A stretch of 56,706 bases of DNA. Source: an uncultured Clostridia bacterium (GTDB lineage: Bacteria; Bacillota; Clostridia; Christensenellales; UBA1242). Shown one piece after another: positions 1 through 11,100 of this stretch. The notes beneath the pieces were generated by a model. The model saw only the letters and a program-made list of their open reading frames with translations. It made no database searches and was not told the DNA's origin. Location: assembly GCA_944345545.1 (NCBI GenBank), contig CALVMK010000016.1:1-56706 (forward strand). Reading direction: 5' to 3'. The translations under genes and the position numbers were made by a program. How positions within the stretch are numbered: position 1 is the first letter of the stretch; the number at the start of each line of letters is the position of its first letter.

Positions 1-242
1 TAAGCTTCCAAAACAGCATCACGAATCATTTCACGTGTTTCAGTGTTGATTGGGTGAACGATATCTTTGTATTCGCCGTCAGGAGTCTTTCTGCTAGGCA
101 TTGAGATAAATGGACCTTCATTACCCTCAATGACTTTGATGTCGTGAACAACAAAGCACTCATCAATTGTTATTGAAGCAACAGCTTTGAGCTTTCCGTC
201 ATCCTTTTTTACTAGCCTAATTCTGATGTCTGAAATTTTCAA
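1..242 (-). CDS. spoVG: SpoVG, N-terminal ~80 codons; the 3' end runs off the window edge
   Basis: Hand translation of the minus strand from TTG at 242-240 gives (M)[79 protein letters not shown], a typical SpoVG sequence. AAGGAAGG lies about 9 nt upstream. The ORF is truncated, so it is absent from the ORF track. Confidence 0.88.
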   Translation of the reverse strand, partial: MKISDIRIRLVKKDDGKLKAVASITIDECFVVHDIKVIEGNEGPFISMPSRKTPDGEYKDIVHPINTETREMIRDAVLEA

Positions 243-370
243 GTGTTCGTACCTTCCTTTTTAAGTATTCGCTTTTCAAGCTATCTTCATTTTAATATCT
301 TATAATTAAAAAAGCAAATATTTTAAGCATATTTTTATCAAAACATAAATTTTTTACATAAATATTAAAT

Positions 371-1654
371 GTGAAAAGCTATCATTTTATAGGTATTGGT
401 GGAATAAGCATGAGTGCTCTTGCAATTCAATTAAAAAATAACGGCTATTATGTGCAAGGCTCAGACATAAAACCAACTGAAATAACAAAAAATTTGGAAA
501 AATTAGGAATTAAAATTTTTTATGGTCAAAAAAGAACAAATATAAAAAATTGCAATGAAATTATAATTTCTGGAGCAATTAATGAAAACAACTTAGAACT
601 TAATGAAGCATTAATTCAGGGTTTAAAAATTAAAACTCGTGCAGAACTTTTAGCTGAAGTTTCAAAAAATTATAAAAATGTCATAGCTATTAGTGGAGCA
701 CACGGAAAAACTTCCACAACAGAAATGGTGGCAGAAATTTTTATTGATGCAGGGTTAAAACCTACTGTTCATATTGGTGGCGTATCTTGTAAGTTTAATA
801 ACAATATACTATTAGGTAAAAAAATTTTTTTTATTTGCGAAGCTTGTGAATATAAAAATTCTTTTTTAAATCTACGTCCTAGCACAAGTGCAATATTAAA
901 TGTTGAAGCAGAACATTTAGATTTTTTTAAAACATTTTCAAATGTAAAAAAAAGTTTTGACAAGTTTGAAAGTCTTTCAAAAACATGTTTTAAAGTTGAT
1001 AAAAAAAGAAGTTTGGTTTATTGTAAAAAATTTTTTGTTCAAGCTAAAAATATTTATCATTTAGGCAATGGAAAATATGGATTTGATGTCTTTAAAAACA
1101 ATCAATACATTGGAAAAATTTATTTAAACGCTGTTGGAAAACATAATGTTTTAAACTCTTTGGTGGCAATTAGCATAGCTTTAAAATATAAAGTTCCCTT
1201 TAAAAAAATAAGTCAAACTTTGCAAAATTATAAAGGAGTTAAAAGACGTTATCAAATTATAACAGAAAAACCAAACTTTATTGTTTGTGATTATGCACAT
1301 CACCCCACAGAAATTAAAAAAATAATTATCTCAACTAAAAAGTTTAGAAAAGGCAAAATTATATTAGCATTTCAACCCCATACTTATTCAAGAACAGCCA
1401 CACTTTTTGATAATTTTGTCAAATCATTAAGTTTGGCAGACGAAGTTCATATCGTAAAAACTTATAGTGCTAGGGAAAATTTTTTTGAAAAAGGAAGTGC
1501 AAAAAATTTAGCTGATAGCATTAAAAACTCTTTTTATCATTCATCTATGTTAAACGCCTTTAAAAACATAAAAAAACACCTAAAACAAGGAGATACCCTT
1601 CTTATTTTAGGCGCTGGCAATATTGATGAACTTGCTGAAATGTTTTCTATTTAA
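371..1654 (+). CDS. murC: UDP-N-acetylmuramate--L-alanine ligase
   Basis: 427 aa with a GTG start. N-terminus HFIGIGGISMSALA and P-loop GAHGKTSTT are typical of the Mur ligase family and of MurC in particular. Confidence 0.92.
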   Translation: MKSYHFIGIGGISMSALAIQLKNNGYYVQGSDIKPTEITKNLEKLGIKIFYGQKRTNIKNCNEIIISGAINENNLELNEALIQGLKIKTRAELLAEVSKNYKNVIAISGAHGKTSTTEMVAEIFIDAGLKPTVHIGGVSCKFNNNILLGKKIFFICEACEYKNSFLNLRPSTSAILNVEAEHLDFFKTFSNVKKSFDKFESLSKTCFKVDKKRSLVYCKKFFVQAKNIYHLGNGKYGFDVFKNNQYIGKIYLNAVGKHNVLNSLVAISIALKYKVPFKKISQTLQNYKGVKRRYQIITEKPNFIVCDYAHHPTEIKKIIISTKKFRKGKIILAFQPHTYSRTATLFDNFVKSLSLADEVHIVKTYSARENFFEKGSAKNLADSIKNSFYHSSMLNAFKNIKKHLKQGDTLLILGAGNIDELAEMFSI

Positions 1655-2174
1655 CATTATTTATATAATTATTTAAACTTTCTTTTATCGTTTTTTGAGC
1701 GTCTTCATGTGAGCCCACTTCAAGAACTTTTACAACCTTGTTTTCAAGTTGTTTATAAACAGATAGGAAGTGTCTTAACTCTTCAATTATGTGTTTTGGA
1801 AGTTCTGATATATCTTTAAAACAATTAAATTGCGGATCGCCAAATGGTATGGCAATAACTTTTTCATCCGTTTCATCTCTATCTATTAAATAGATTATTC
1901 CTATTGGATAACATCTAACTAAGCTCATTTTTTCTATGGGTTCGCTGGAAAGTACGAAAACGTCAAGTGGGTCGCCGTCCCCAGATAGTGTTCTTGGTAT
2001 GAAACCATAATTCATAGGATAGTGCGTGCTTGTGTAAAGAATTCTATCTAAAATAATAAGCCCCGTTTCTTTATCTAGTTCATATTTATTTTTGCTTCCT
2101 TTTTCAATTTCTATGCAAGCAACAAAATCTTCTGGCTTTATTCTTTCAGCCTTTATATCATGTAGTATATTCAT
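1647..2174 (-). CDS. ppa: Family I inorganic pyrophosphatase
   Basis: 175 aa with the DGDPLDVFVL motif and a typical family I PPase length. AAGGAAG RBS. The 3' end overlaps murC convergently by 8 nt. Confidence 0.92.
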   Translation of the reverse strand: MNILHDIKAERIKPEDFVACIEIEKGSKNKYELDKETGLIILDRILYTSTHYPMNYGFIPRTLSGDGDPLDVFVLSSEPIEKMSLVRCYPIGIIYLIDRDETDEKVIAIPFGDPQFNCFKDISELPKHIIEELRHFLSVYKQLENKVVKVLEVGSHEDAQKTIKESLNNYINNVK

Positions 2175-2191
2175 ATTTCTTCCTTTTAAAT

Positions 2192-3214
<1,023 letters not shown>

Positions 3215-3255
3215 TTAACTTATTCTATACTTATAAAAAATTTTTTCAAAACATT

Positions 3256-4377
3256 TTACATCAAATTTTCAGGATTTAAGTCTAAAAGTTCACTTACAAC
3301 AAACTTCCCATTTTCTCTAACTAAAACATCATCAAAGTAGATTTTTCCGCCACCATACTCATCTCGTTGGCACAGAACTAAATCCCAATGAATCGCTGAT
3401 TTATTTCCATTTGAAGCGTCATCATAACAGCTTCCTGGTGTTAAATGAAAGGAGCCACAAATTTTTTCGTCAAATAAAATATCTAGCATTGGCTCTTTTA
3501 TATAAGGATTAACCCCAAGAGCAAATTCGCCAAAATATCTCGCCCCATCATCAGTGTTTAATATTTTATTTAACTCTTCTGTCGCATTTCCAGCTTCAGC
3601 CTTTACAATTTTGCCATTTTCAATTTCAAACTTTACATTTTCAAACTTCTTTCCATTGTATAATGTTGGTATGTTGTATTTAATCTTTCCATTCATGCTA
3701 GTTCTTAGTGGACTTGTGTAAACTTCACCATCAGGAACATTCATTTTGCCGTCGCATTTTATAGCTTTCTGCCCTTTTATTGAAAATTCTAAATCTGTTT
3801 CATTCCCAACTATTTTAACTTTATCTGTTTTTTCCATATATTCTACAAGTTTGTCCATTGCTTTGCTCATTTTTGCATAGTCTAATGTACAAACTTTATA
3901 GTAAAAATCTGTAAAGGCCTGCGTACTCATTCCTGCACTTTGTGCAAATGACGGTGTAGGAAAAGCAAGTAAAGACCATTTTGTGTTATTTACGCGTTCT
4001 TTCATTTCAACAGGTTCAGAATAGTATATATCATATATCTTTTTCGTTTCTGCAGGAATGTCGCTAGTTTCAAATTTATTATTAGATGCTTTTAATAAAA
4101 TAACAGCGTCCATATCTTGCATAATTGGCAAATCATATTTTTTGTTTAATTCTGCATATTCTTTATTCGCATTTTTTAAAAGTGCCTTTGATATAATTGA
4201 ATTTCTATCCCAAACAAACGGATAAGCTCCAACTTTCCAAATTTCTTCTATTAAAATTTCTAAAAAATCGTTAGGTATATCTCGAGCTTCAATAAGAACT
4301 TTTTCTCCTTTTTGAACATTACATGAATAGTTGACCAACATATTAGCAAGTTTAGTCATATTATCAGTATTTTTCAT
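3256..4377 (-). CDS. Aminopeptidase, M29 (AmpS/PepS) family
   Basis: 373 aa. Overall resemblance to the thermophilic aminopeptidase S family (N-terminal LANMLVNYS..VQKGEKVLI, C-terminal HWD...). Starts 2 nt after the upstream ORF stop, so likely co-transcribed. Confidence 0.82.
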   Translation of the reverse strand: MKNTDNMTKLANMLVNYSCNVQKGEKVLIEARDIPNDFLEILIEEIWKVGAYPFVWDRNSIISKALLKNANKEYAELNKKYDLPIMQDMDAVILLKASNNKFETSDIPAETKKIYDIYYSEPVEMKERVNNTKWSLLAFPTPSFAQSAGMSTQAFTDFYYKVCTLDYAKMSKAMDKLVEYMEKTDKVKIVGNETDLEFSIKGQKAIKCDGKMNVPDGEVYTSPLRTSMNGKIKYNIPTLYNGKKFENVKFEIENGKIVKAEAGNATEELNKILNTDDGARYFGEFALGVNPYIKEPMLDILFDEKICGSFHLTPGSCYDDASNGNKSAIHWDLVLCQRDEYGGGKIYFDDVLVRENGKFVVSELLDLNPENLM

Positions 4378-4379
4378 TA

Positions 4380-5189
4380 TTAAATCTCCCTAACATCAAT
4401 TATTGCCATTTTTGAAGAAGTTAAATCACCAACTTTAATATAAACATAACATCTTAAAAGGTTATACAACAACAATGAAAAAATTATAAAATTTCCTATA
4501 ATAAGTGCAAAAACAGCAAGCCATGACAAATTAACTAATAATCCTAACAATATTCCCCCAACAAATAATAAAATAAAGCCTAAGCCAAAAAGTAAACATT
4601 CTAACTTAATTTTGTTTAAATTCTTATCTTTAAAGCACTTTTTCTCTACATCTCCGTCAACATGAGCAGTGTTTGCCCCTACCCATCTATCTATCTTGCT
4701 TAAGTTTCCTGTGCCATTTGTCTTTAAAATATTTATAGCTTTATTGCTAAAAGTTTCAACTGTTATTTCTCCGTCAAAAAACTTAAATCCAAATAATTTA
4801 TAAACCAAACTTTTTATTAACTTAGAGAAAAAGGTTTTTAAAAAGTTGCTTTTTTTGCTATTTTTTATAACAACTATATCGTTTCCTTCACGTTGTTTTA
4901 TAACACTTTCTTTAATCTTATTGAAATCAATATCTTTTTCACCATCTCTAATTATAACAAGTGTCTGCCCATCTACTTTGCTTATTAAACTTTCAATCAT
5001 ATCTTCTTCTCTTGTTCCCTCGTTAAAGAAAAAAACTTTTGCTCTTTCATTTTCAGTAGTTTGCAAATTTAACTCACAACCTTTTTCAACAGCAAAAAAA
5101 ATCTGCCTTTCATCAGAAAAAATTTTAAAATTTTCTAAAAAGTTTTCTTTGAGTTTTCTTTTTTTAATAGGAATAATAAAAGTTATCAT
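4380..5189 (-). CDS. Uncharacterised protein with two C-terminal transmembrane helices
   Basis: 269 aa with AGAGG RBS, wedged between rpiB (8-nt gap) and the aminopeptidase (2-nt gap). The C-terminal LECLLFGLGFILLFVGGILLGLLV... and AVFALIIGNFIIFSLLLYNLL segments are hydrophobic. No recognisable catalytic motif. Confidence 0.6.
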   Translation of the reverse strand: MITFIIPIKKRKLKENFLENFKIFSDERQIFFAVEKGCELNLQTTENERAKVFFFNEGTREEDMIESLISKVDGQTLVIIRDGEKDIDFNKIKESVIKQREGNDIVVIKNSKKSNFLKTFFSKLIKSLVYKLFGFKFFDGEITVETFSNKAINILKTNGTGNLSKIDRWVGANTAHVDGDVEKKCFKDKNLNKIKLECLLFGLGFILLFVGGILLGLLVNLSWLAVFALIIGNFIIFSLLLYNLLRCYVYIKVGDLTSSKMAIIDVREI

Positions 5190-5197
5190 AATACCTC

Positions 5198-5629
5198 TTA
5201 AATCATATTATTTAATTTTTTAACTCGTATTGAATGTCTCCCTTTTTCAAAATCAGTTGTTAAAAAAGTTTTAACAATATTTATAGCCTTAATTCTATTC
5301 ATATATCTTCCTGGAAGAATTAAAACATTGGCATCGTTATGTCTTCTTGCCAAACTTGCAAAAGTAGAGTTCATGCAAAGAGCAGCCCTTATTTTAGGAT
5401 TTCTATTTGCCGCAATACTCATTCCTATTCCCGTTCCACAAATATAAATGCCAATATTTTGAGGACTTTCAAGAACTCTTTCATTGCCAGCCTTAGCAAA
5501 ATCTGGATAGTCTACTTTATCTTTTGAATAAGTTCCAACATCAATTGTAGTTATGTTTTCATTATTAAAAAATTCTTTAATTTGTTCTTTAAGTTGATAT
5601 CCTGCATGGTCACTTGCTAAAATTATCAT
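5198..5629 (-). CDS. rpiB: Ribose-5-phosphate isomerase B
   Basis: 143 aa with the MIILASDHAGY start and ICGTGIGMSIAANR motif of the RpiB/LacA/LacB family. AAGGAGA RBS. Confidence 0.92.
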   Translation of the reverse strand: MIILASDHAGYQLKEQIKEFFNNENITTIDVGTYSKDKVDYPDFAKAGNERVLESPQNIGIYICGTGIGMSIAANRNPKIRAALCMNSTFASLARRHNDANVLILPGRYMNRIKAINIVKTFLTTDFEKGRHSIRVKKLNNMI

Positions 5630-5714
5630 AAAATCTCCTTATATAATAAGATACTATAAAATAATTTTTTTAACAAATAATTTTTAAAAATAGCAATAAT
5701 TTTTTAGAAAAACA

Positions 5715-5741
5715 CACAATTTTAAAATTGTGCATAGTATA
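5715..5741 (+). promoter_or_regulatory. 18-bp perfect palindrome CACAATTTTAAAATTGTG abutting a CATAgtaTA element (sigma-K-like -10)
   Basis: The palindrome at 5715-5732 was read directly. CATAGTATA at 5733-5741 fits the mother-cell sigma-K -10 pattern CATAnnnTA, about 25 nt upstream of the ATG at 5767. The promoter assignment is inference. Confidence 0.3.
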
Positions 5742-5766
5742 TTACGAGATTTAAAGGAGGTAATTT

Positions 5767-6420
5767 ATGTCTTTTTACATCAATAACAACAACCCAAACA
5801 AACCGGGACCTATAAATTCAAGTGCACTTAGCAATGTTTGTGAAAAAGTTTTAATAGAGGCTAACAAGGTTTTTGACGCCTGCATAAACCGTGATACCGT
5901 TACAGGTGCAGTTATAACTCTTTCTAACTTTACACCAGCAAGTCCAACTGAGCCACTTACATATGTATCAGCTCAAAGCGACCCTGCTAATCCTGCCACA
6001 ATTTCAAATGTAACAATAGACAGAATAGAATCAAGACCTAATTATGCTAATGTAAGTGCCACTATAACTATTCCAATCACAGTGTCTTACTTAGATGCTA
6101 ACAGAGTTCCTGGCACAGCTACAGGCACAATTACAGTTGACAGGTCTGCAGTTTTATTTGTTCCACAAGTTGCATTGACCCCAGTTGAAGTTAAAGTTGT
6201 TGCTGCGGTGTCTAGTGAGATTGGTTCAATTTCTGGTTCTACTGCCACAATAACATATTGCATTCAAACTATTTTAAAGATTGTTAGCCAAGTAGATATT
6301 TTAGTTCCATCGTTTGGATATCCAGTATTGCCACCATGTCAGATGCCAAATCCAGCACAAACAGAATGCCCAGGATTCTTTGAGATGCCTATTTATCCAA
6401 CAGCTCAAAGACAAGGCTAA
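5767..6420 (+). CDS. Hypothetical Thr/Ser/Val/Pro-rich protein (beta-rich by composition), possibly spore-associated
   Basis: 217 aa with a strong AAAGGAGG RBS. No signal peptide and no recognised catalytic motif. Conserved-looking CEKVLIEANKVFDAC near the N-terminus and a Cys/Pro-rich C-terminus. Confidence 0.7.
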   Translation: MSFYINNNNPNKPGPINSSALSNVCEKVLIEANKVFDACINRDTVTGAVITLSNFTPASPTEPLTYVSAQSDPANPATISNVTIDRIESRPNYANVSATITIPITVSYLDANRVPGTATGTITVDRSAVLFVPQVALTPVEVKVVAAVSSEIGSISGSTATITYCIQTILKIVSQVDILVPSFGYPVLPPCQMPNPAQTECPGFFEMPIYPTAQRQG

Positions 6421-6455
6421 AAAACAAGCAAAAATAGTTAAAGGAAATTATAAAA

Positions 6456-6538
6456 AAATAGCATTGTAATTTTGACCTTGTCAAAATTATAACTTGCTAT
6501 CGCAAGTTATCTTTTGTTTACAAAAGACAATGCTATTT
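6456..6538. other. 83-nt element with four perfectly paired helices (nested palindromes, cloverleaf topology)
   Basis: Outer stem AAATAGCATTG (6456-6466) pairs with CAATGCTATTT (6528-6538). Inside are three abutting hairpins: TAATTTTGAC/GTCAAAATTA (loop CTT), TAACTTGC/GCAAGTTA (loop TATC) and TCTTTTG/CAAAAGA (loop TTTA). There are no mismatches and no unpaired junction nucleotides. Confidence 0.55.
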
Positions 6539-6601
6539 GGTAAGAACGAAACACTGCAAAAATAAAATTACAAATTTTTATAATTAAGCATTTCCTAAAA
6601 C

Positions 6602-6645
6602 AAAAAAAGACGCATTAGAAAAATAATTCTAATGCGCCTTTTTTG
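6602..6645. terminator. Bidirectional intrinsic terminator between the convergent 217-aa gene and cls
   Basis: CGCATTAGAA / TTCTAATGCG 10-bp stem, flanked by an A-run upstream and a T-run downstream. Confidence 0.72.
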
Positions 6646-6724
6646 TTAAATTTATAAATTTTTAATTAATTATCACCAAATATAAATTTATCATAAATTG
6701 ATAATTAAACTTTAAACACAAATT

Positions 6725-8158
6725 TTATAACAATGGTGAAAACATTCTAAAAAATGTTTGCCCAAGTTTACTTGTGAAAGGTTTTTGTTTAAAATAAGTA
6801 ATATCTATTGGTATGGAATTTTTAATGTCTTCTTCAATAATTTTAGCACAAGATTTTAAAAATTCTTTATTAAACATAAATGCATTTATTTCAAAATTTA
6901 AAGCAAACGACCTATTATCAGCATTGCATGTTCCAACTGAAATGCACACATCATCTATCATCAACAATTTACTATGCAAAAAACCATTATATAAATAAAT
7001 TTTCACTCCACATTCAACAAGTTCTCTAGCGAATGAAAGGGTTGCTAAATAAACAAATTTTTTATCAGGTTTTTTAGGAAGCATAACAACAACGTCAACT
7101 CCACTTTTTACTGCTTGTTTTAATGCCGACATAAAAATATCATCAGGAACAAGGTAAGGTGTTTGCAAAACAATTTTCTTTTTCGCCGTTGCTATCATTT
7201 TTATATAACTATCTTTTATATAATGAACTTTACTTTCTGGCCCACTACAAACAATTTGTGTAACCACATTTCCCTTTTTTTGCATTTTAGGAAAATAACC
7301 TAAAGCCACTAATTCAGAAGAAGTAATATGCCTTTTCTTACAAAAAAACCAATCATTGAAAAAAGCATTTTGCAGTCCATAAACAGCATTGCCCTCTATT
7401 CTTAAATGAGTATCACGCCAAGGAGATAATTTTTTCTTTAGCCCCATATGGTCATCGCGAATGTTAATTCCCCCAACATAACCAATATGACCGTCTATAA
7501 CCACTATTTTTCTATGGTTTCGATAATTCATTTTAAGGTTAATTAATCTTATTCCAAACAAGGGTGGGAAAAATTCCGCAACTTCTCCACCAGCTTTTTT
7601 TAATTTTCTAAAAAATCTTCTTTTAGATCTTATTGAACCTACACTATCAAAAATTAGTTTAACCTTAATTCCTTCACGAGCCTTGTCGCAAAGAATTTTC
7701 ATGATATCCTTTCCAACCCCCTCATCATCAAATATATAATATTCCATGTTTATTGAGTGCTTAGCAGAAAGAAGGTCTGCCTTTAAAGCTTCAATTTTTT
7801 CTTTGCCAAAAGTGTAAACTTTAATATCGTTATCAAAATAAGGTAAACTTTTACAAGCCCTTTCATTAAAACTAGCTATTTCTCTTTCATTTTCAGAAAG
7901 TTCTGGCAATCTTAAAAGTTCTTCCCAAACAAAATTTTCATAAGCATCTTCATATAGAATTTTTCTTTTTAACATTCTTCTGGTTTTAACACTTAAACCA
8001 CTACCAAAAATAATGTAAAAAATGAAACCCAAAATTGGCACAAAAGAAAGAATCACAAGCCAAGATATTATAACCTCTGGCTTGCGTCTTTCTATGAACA
8101 TCATTGTGCCGATTAAAACTATGTTAACAATTAAAACAATTAAAAATGCAAAATCCAT
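6725..8158 (-). CDS. cls: Cardiolipin synthase (PLD superfamily)
   Basis: 477 aa with two N-terminal TM helices and two HKD motifs (HRKIVVIDG...GGINI and HSKLLMIDD...GTCNADNRS). Starts 14 nt after the stop of the giant ORF, with a GAAGG RBS in the gap. Confidence 0.92.
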   Translation of the reverse strand: MDFAFLIVLIVNIVLIGTMMFIERRKPEVIISWLVILSFVPILGFIFYIIFGSGLSVKTRRMLKRKILYEDAYENFVWEELLRLPELSENEREIASFNERACKSLPYFDNDIKVYTFGKEKIEALKADLLSAKHSINMEYYIFDDEGVGKDIMKILCDKAREGIKVKLIFDSVGSIRSKRRFFRKLKKAGGEVAEFFPPLFGIRLINLKMNYRNHRKIVVIDGHIGYVGGINIRDDHMGLKKKLSPWRDTHLRIEGNAVYGLQNAFFNDWFFCKKRHITSSELVALGYFPKMQKKGNVVTQIVCSGPESKVHYIKDSYIKMIATAKKKIVLQTPYLVPDDIFMSALKQAVKSGVDVVVMLPKKPDKKFVYLATLSFARELVECGVKIYLYNGFLHSKLLMIDDVCISVGTCNADNRSFALNFEINAFMFNKEFLKSCAKIIEEDIKNSIPIDITYFKQKPFTSKLGQTFFRMFSPLL

Positions 8159-8172
8159 ATACCTTCTTATAT

Positions 8173-11100
8173 TTAATTACTACTGTTTTCAGCTCTTTTT
8201 AATTCATAAGTGTAGTTATAACCTTCACCATCAATATAAAATGAAAATCCATTACGACTTAAATCTATTAATATTTGTTCTCCTTCAGAAGTTACTTCTA
8301 TACTTTTAGTATCAACGATAACATCAGCATTTTTGCGCGTAATAATGTAGCTACCATTATTTGGAACAATAATACTTGGTGAAGTGCCAGTAATAAATGT
8401 TGCATTTTCTGGAATAGCATTTTCTAACTCCAAAATATTCCCTACTACTCTTAAAATTCGAACAAATTTAAAAATAGATACTTCTTCGCCTTCTGTTACT
8501 TGGTCCATATCTTGTGTCATGTAAGAGATATAATTATTTGCTGACAAAGTTTCACTTGCAATTCCAATGTCAGTTGTGGAAACTAATTTAAACCTAACAG
8601 TTTGTCCGCCAGAAATGGCTCCACCTAACAAATCTGAAATAGCATAATCGCCATCAGCTTTAATATACACATATTTTGTAGAAGAATTATTCCCAGTTAT
8701 TGTAATTTCATAATAGCCAACTGTTAAATTAACATTATTGAATCCTACAATTAAATTAGAATTTGGCATATTAATTATATCTGTAATAAGTTTATAATAA
8801 GTTTTTCCAGAACCTTCCACTTCTTCTGTTTCAAAATTGTAGATTATTGTTTCGCCATTATCTTCTACGACCACAGAACTTATTTGGTTATTTTGAATTA
8901 AACCACTAACTTCTTTATAAACTCTAATTGTTCCAGATAAAATTGAGATTGAAGCAACGTCTATTTCTGTGTCTTGTTCTAAATAGTAGTAAGAAGATAT
9001 GTTTTCACCAACTCCTGTAATGCTATAAATTTTTCCACCTGTTAATTCAATTGTTGTTCCATCTTTTATTTCAGTTAATTGATTTACAAAATTAGTTCCA
9101 TTCAAGCCGTCAAAATATAACCAATCTTGAACTGTATCGTTTAATGTTGCTTGAATTGCTGTAAGATATTTGTATTCTATAAGCTTTTCATTATCATTAT
9201 TTGCAATAAACAGATAATCTTTAGCACTGAAAGTTTCTGGCATTAAAGAGATGTCTATTTTATTTATTACAAAATAAGATATTCTTGAATATAGTTCTTC
9301 TTGTGTTTGAGTCCCCATATCTTGACCATTTGGGGTAAAGAATTCTAGTGGTAAACTTGAAGTATTATTCATGTAAAGATAATAATAATACACTTCACTT
9401 GTTGTTGGTTTAACTTTTAAACTATAAACTTTACCTATTGAATCTTCAAATTCTAGTGTTGTGCCTTCTTTCATTATAGAAGATGTGCCAATAATTGGGT
9501 TTTGTGTTACGTCTGGATTTAAAGCTGATAAGAAATCTTTTCTGCTATCTGTTTGATAAATTGACTTATTATCATAAGCTGAACCATCAAATTCTTTAGC
9601 AATGTTTATAAATTGAACTTTAATGCTATTAGAGTTTTCAAAGCTTTCAACAAACATGTAATTTGTGTTTGGACTTATTGATTCCAATTCTGTTGAAACA
9701 GCTAAATAATTTGTTAATTTTATTTCTTGAGAAGAAGTATTCCCAATTTGGTCCATATTAAAGCTAGATAATGTTCCATTATTTTTAACAATATAGTTCT
9801 CTTTAGTTAGTCCATTTGAACCATTATATTCTAATTTATAGAATGAGTATGTTGGTATATTACTACCATCAGCATTATAAATATAGTTTACATTCTTTAT
9901 ATAGGTGTAATTATCTGCGTCAGCACCATTAGGAACAATTTTATAACTACAATTTGAATTATTGTTATTTTTTGTGAAATTTATTAAATCGCCAATGTTA
10001 ACCAATGATTGATCGCTTATTATTGGACTTAATGAGTTTTCAAATGTTTCTATTCCACCAATTACAAAACTCTTTTTATATTTTAATTGAACATTTATTA
10101 ATTTTATGTACGAAGCAGGGTTCACAGAATTGTTTTTTTCTTCTGCAACAAGAAGCCAACTGTGGTTTTTCCCAACTTCAGTGTTTGCATTGTCTATGCT
10201 TGGTGTTATGTAGCCTTCACTTTCAAAATCTATATTTTCAAATATTGATTGATTTAAAACTAACCCAGTGAAGACAGTTTCATATCTTGTTATTGATTCA
10301 TAAGCATCTTCATTTGCAAACGCATTTTCAAGGTCTAAAGCCAAGCCACCAATTTCTACTGCTGTGTCTGAAACATATCCAACATATTTTGAATACTGTT
10401 TGTCGTCCCCAATATAAGCATCTACCTTAAACACTGCTATTTCATCAGTATTAAAATCTGCGTTTTCTGAACCTATGTTCATATCGTCTATCACAATGCT
10501 TCCACTAGCTGTTGTGCTGTAATTTGTTATGATAAGTCTGTAGTCATAATTTAAACCTGTGATGATTTCATTTCCATAAATTGATTTTAATGCCAAATTA
10601 ATTTTATAATTGTAGTTTGATATATTGGTTTCATCAATTGAATAAGGAGTTGAATCTTCACCTTCAGCACTTAAATTATTTAAAGTTAAATGATAACCAT
10701 TTGCATCAAACTTAAACTTGAACTCTGCACTATCAATAACCGTTCCTGAAGTTTTAGAAACAGCTTGAATTATTGCACTAACTTCTTGATTTTTTAATAT
10801 TGTTCTATCAGTTATTGTATACAAATCTATGTTTAAATTAGTAGTGTTTTGCGTGTCTGCAGTAATTGAAGTTGAATCTTTAAAAAGTGTTATTAAGTTG
10901 TAATTATATTGCCATTTTTCAATATTTCCACCTGTTGTTCTATCGGGGAAAAGCCCATTTAGTTGAATAACCTTATCATTAGGTGTTTCAACTTCATAAG
11001 AACAACTTTCATATAAAACTTCAACAACTTGCCCTTCACTATCAAGCCCTGTTGACCTTCTTTGAACTGTGTATACCCCAACAGATGGAGCTGTAAGGGT

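Noticed and set aside
769-963. Short antisense or alternative-frame ORFs in the track that lie inside well-supported genes. Examples: 769-963, 2331-2597, 4846-5223, 5339-5527, 6813-6998, 10005-10271, 12638-12838, 16617-16811, 18739-18927, 21172-21405, 22699-23472, 24026-24208, 25098-25340, 28557-28898, 30556-30762, 32975-33286, 34266-34550, 35953-36229, 38558-39089, 40636-40920, 41847-42866, 44191-44415, 46840-47022, 47601-47858, 49353-49556, 50214-50411, 52751-53781.
   Set aside because: They sit entirely within longer ORFs that carry strong family motifs. They lack Shine-Dalgarno sequences and have low-complexity Leu/Phe/Ile/Ser-rich translations, typical of the antisense strand of AT-rich coding DNA.
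6456-6538. The four-helix element considered as a tRNA gene.
   Set aside because: It has no GTTCRANNC T-loop, no D-loop GG, no 7-nt anticodon loop (the loops are 3-4 nt), no unpaired nucleotides at positions 8/9 or 26, and no discriminator or CCA context. The cloverleaf shape is only topological.
8022-8309. 95-aa plus-strand ORF across the cls start and the end of the giant gene.
   Set aside because: It is antisense to two strongly supported genes and bridges their 14-nt junction. Its translation is low-complexity.
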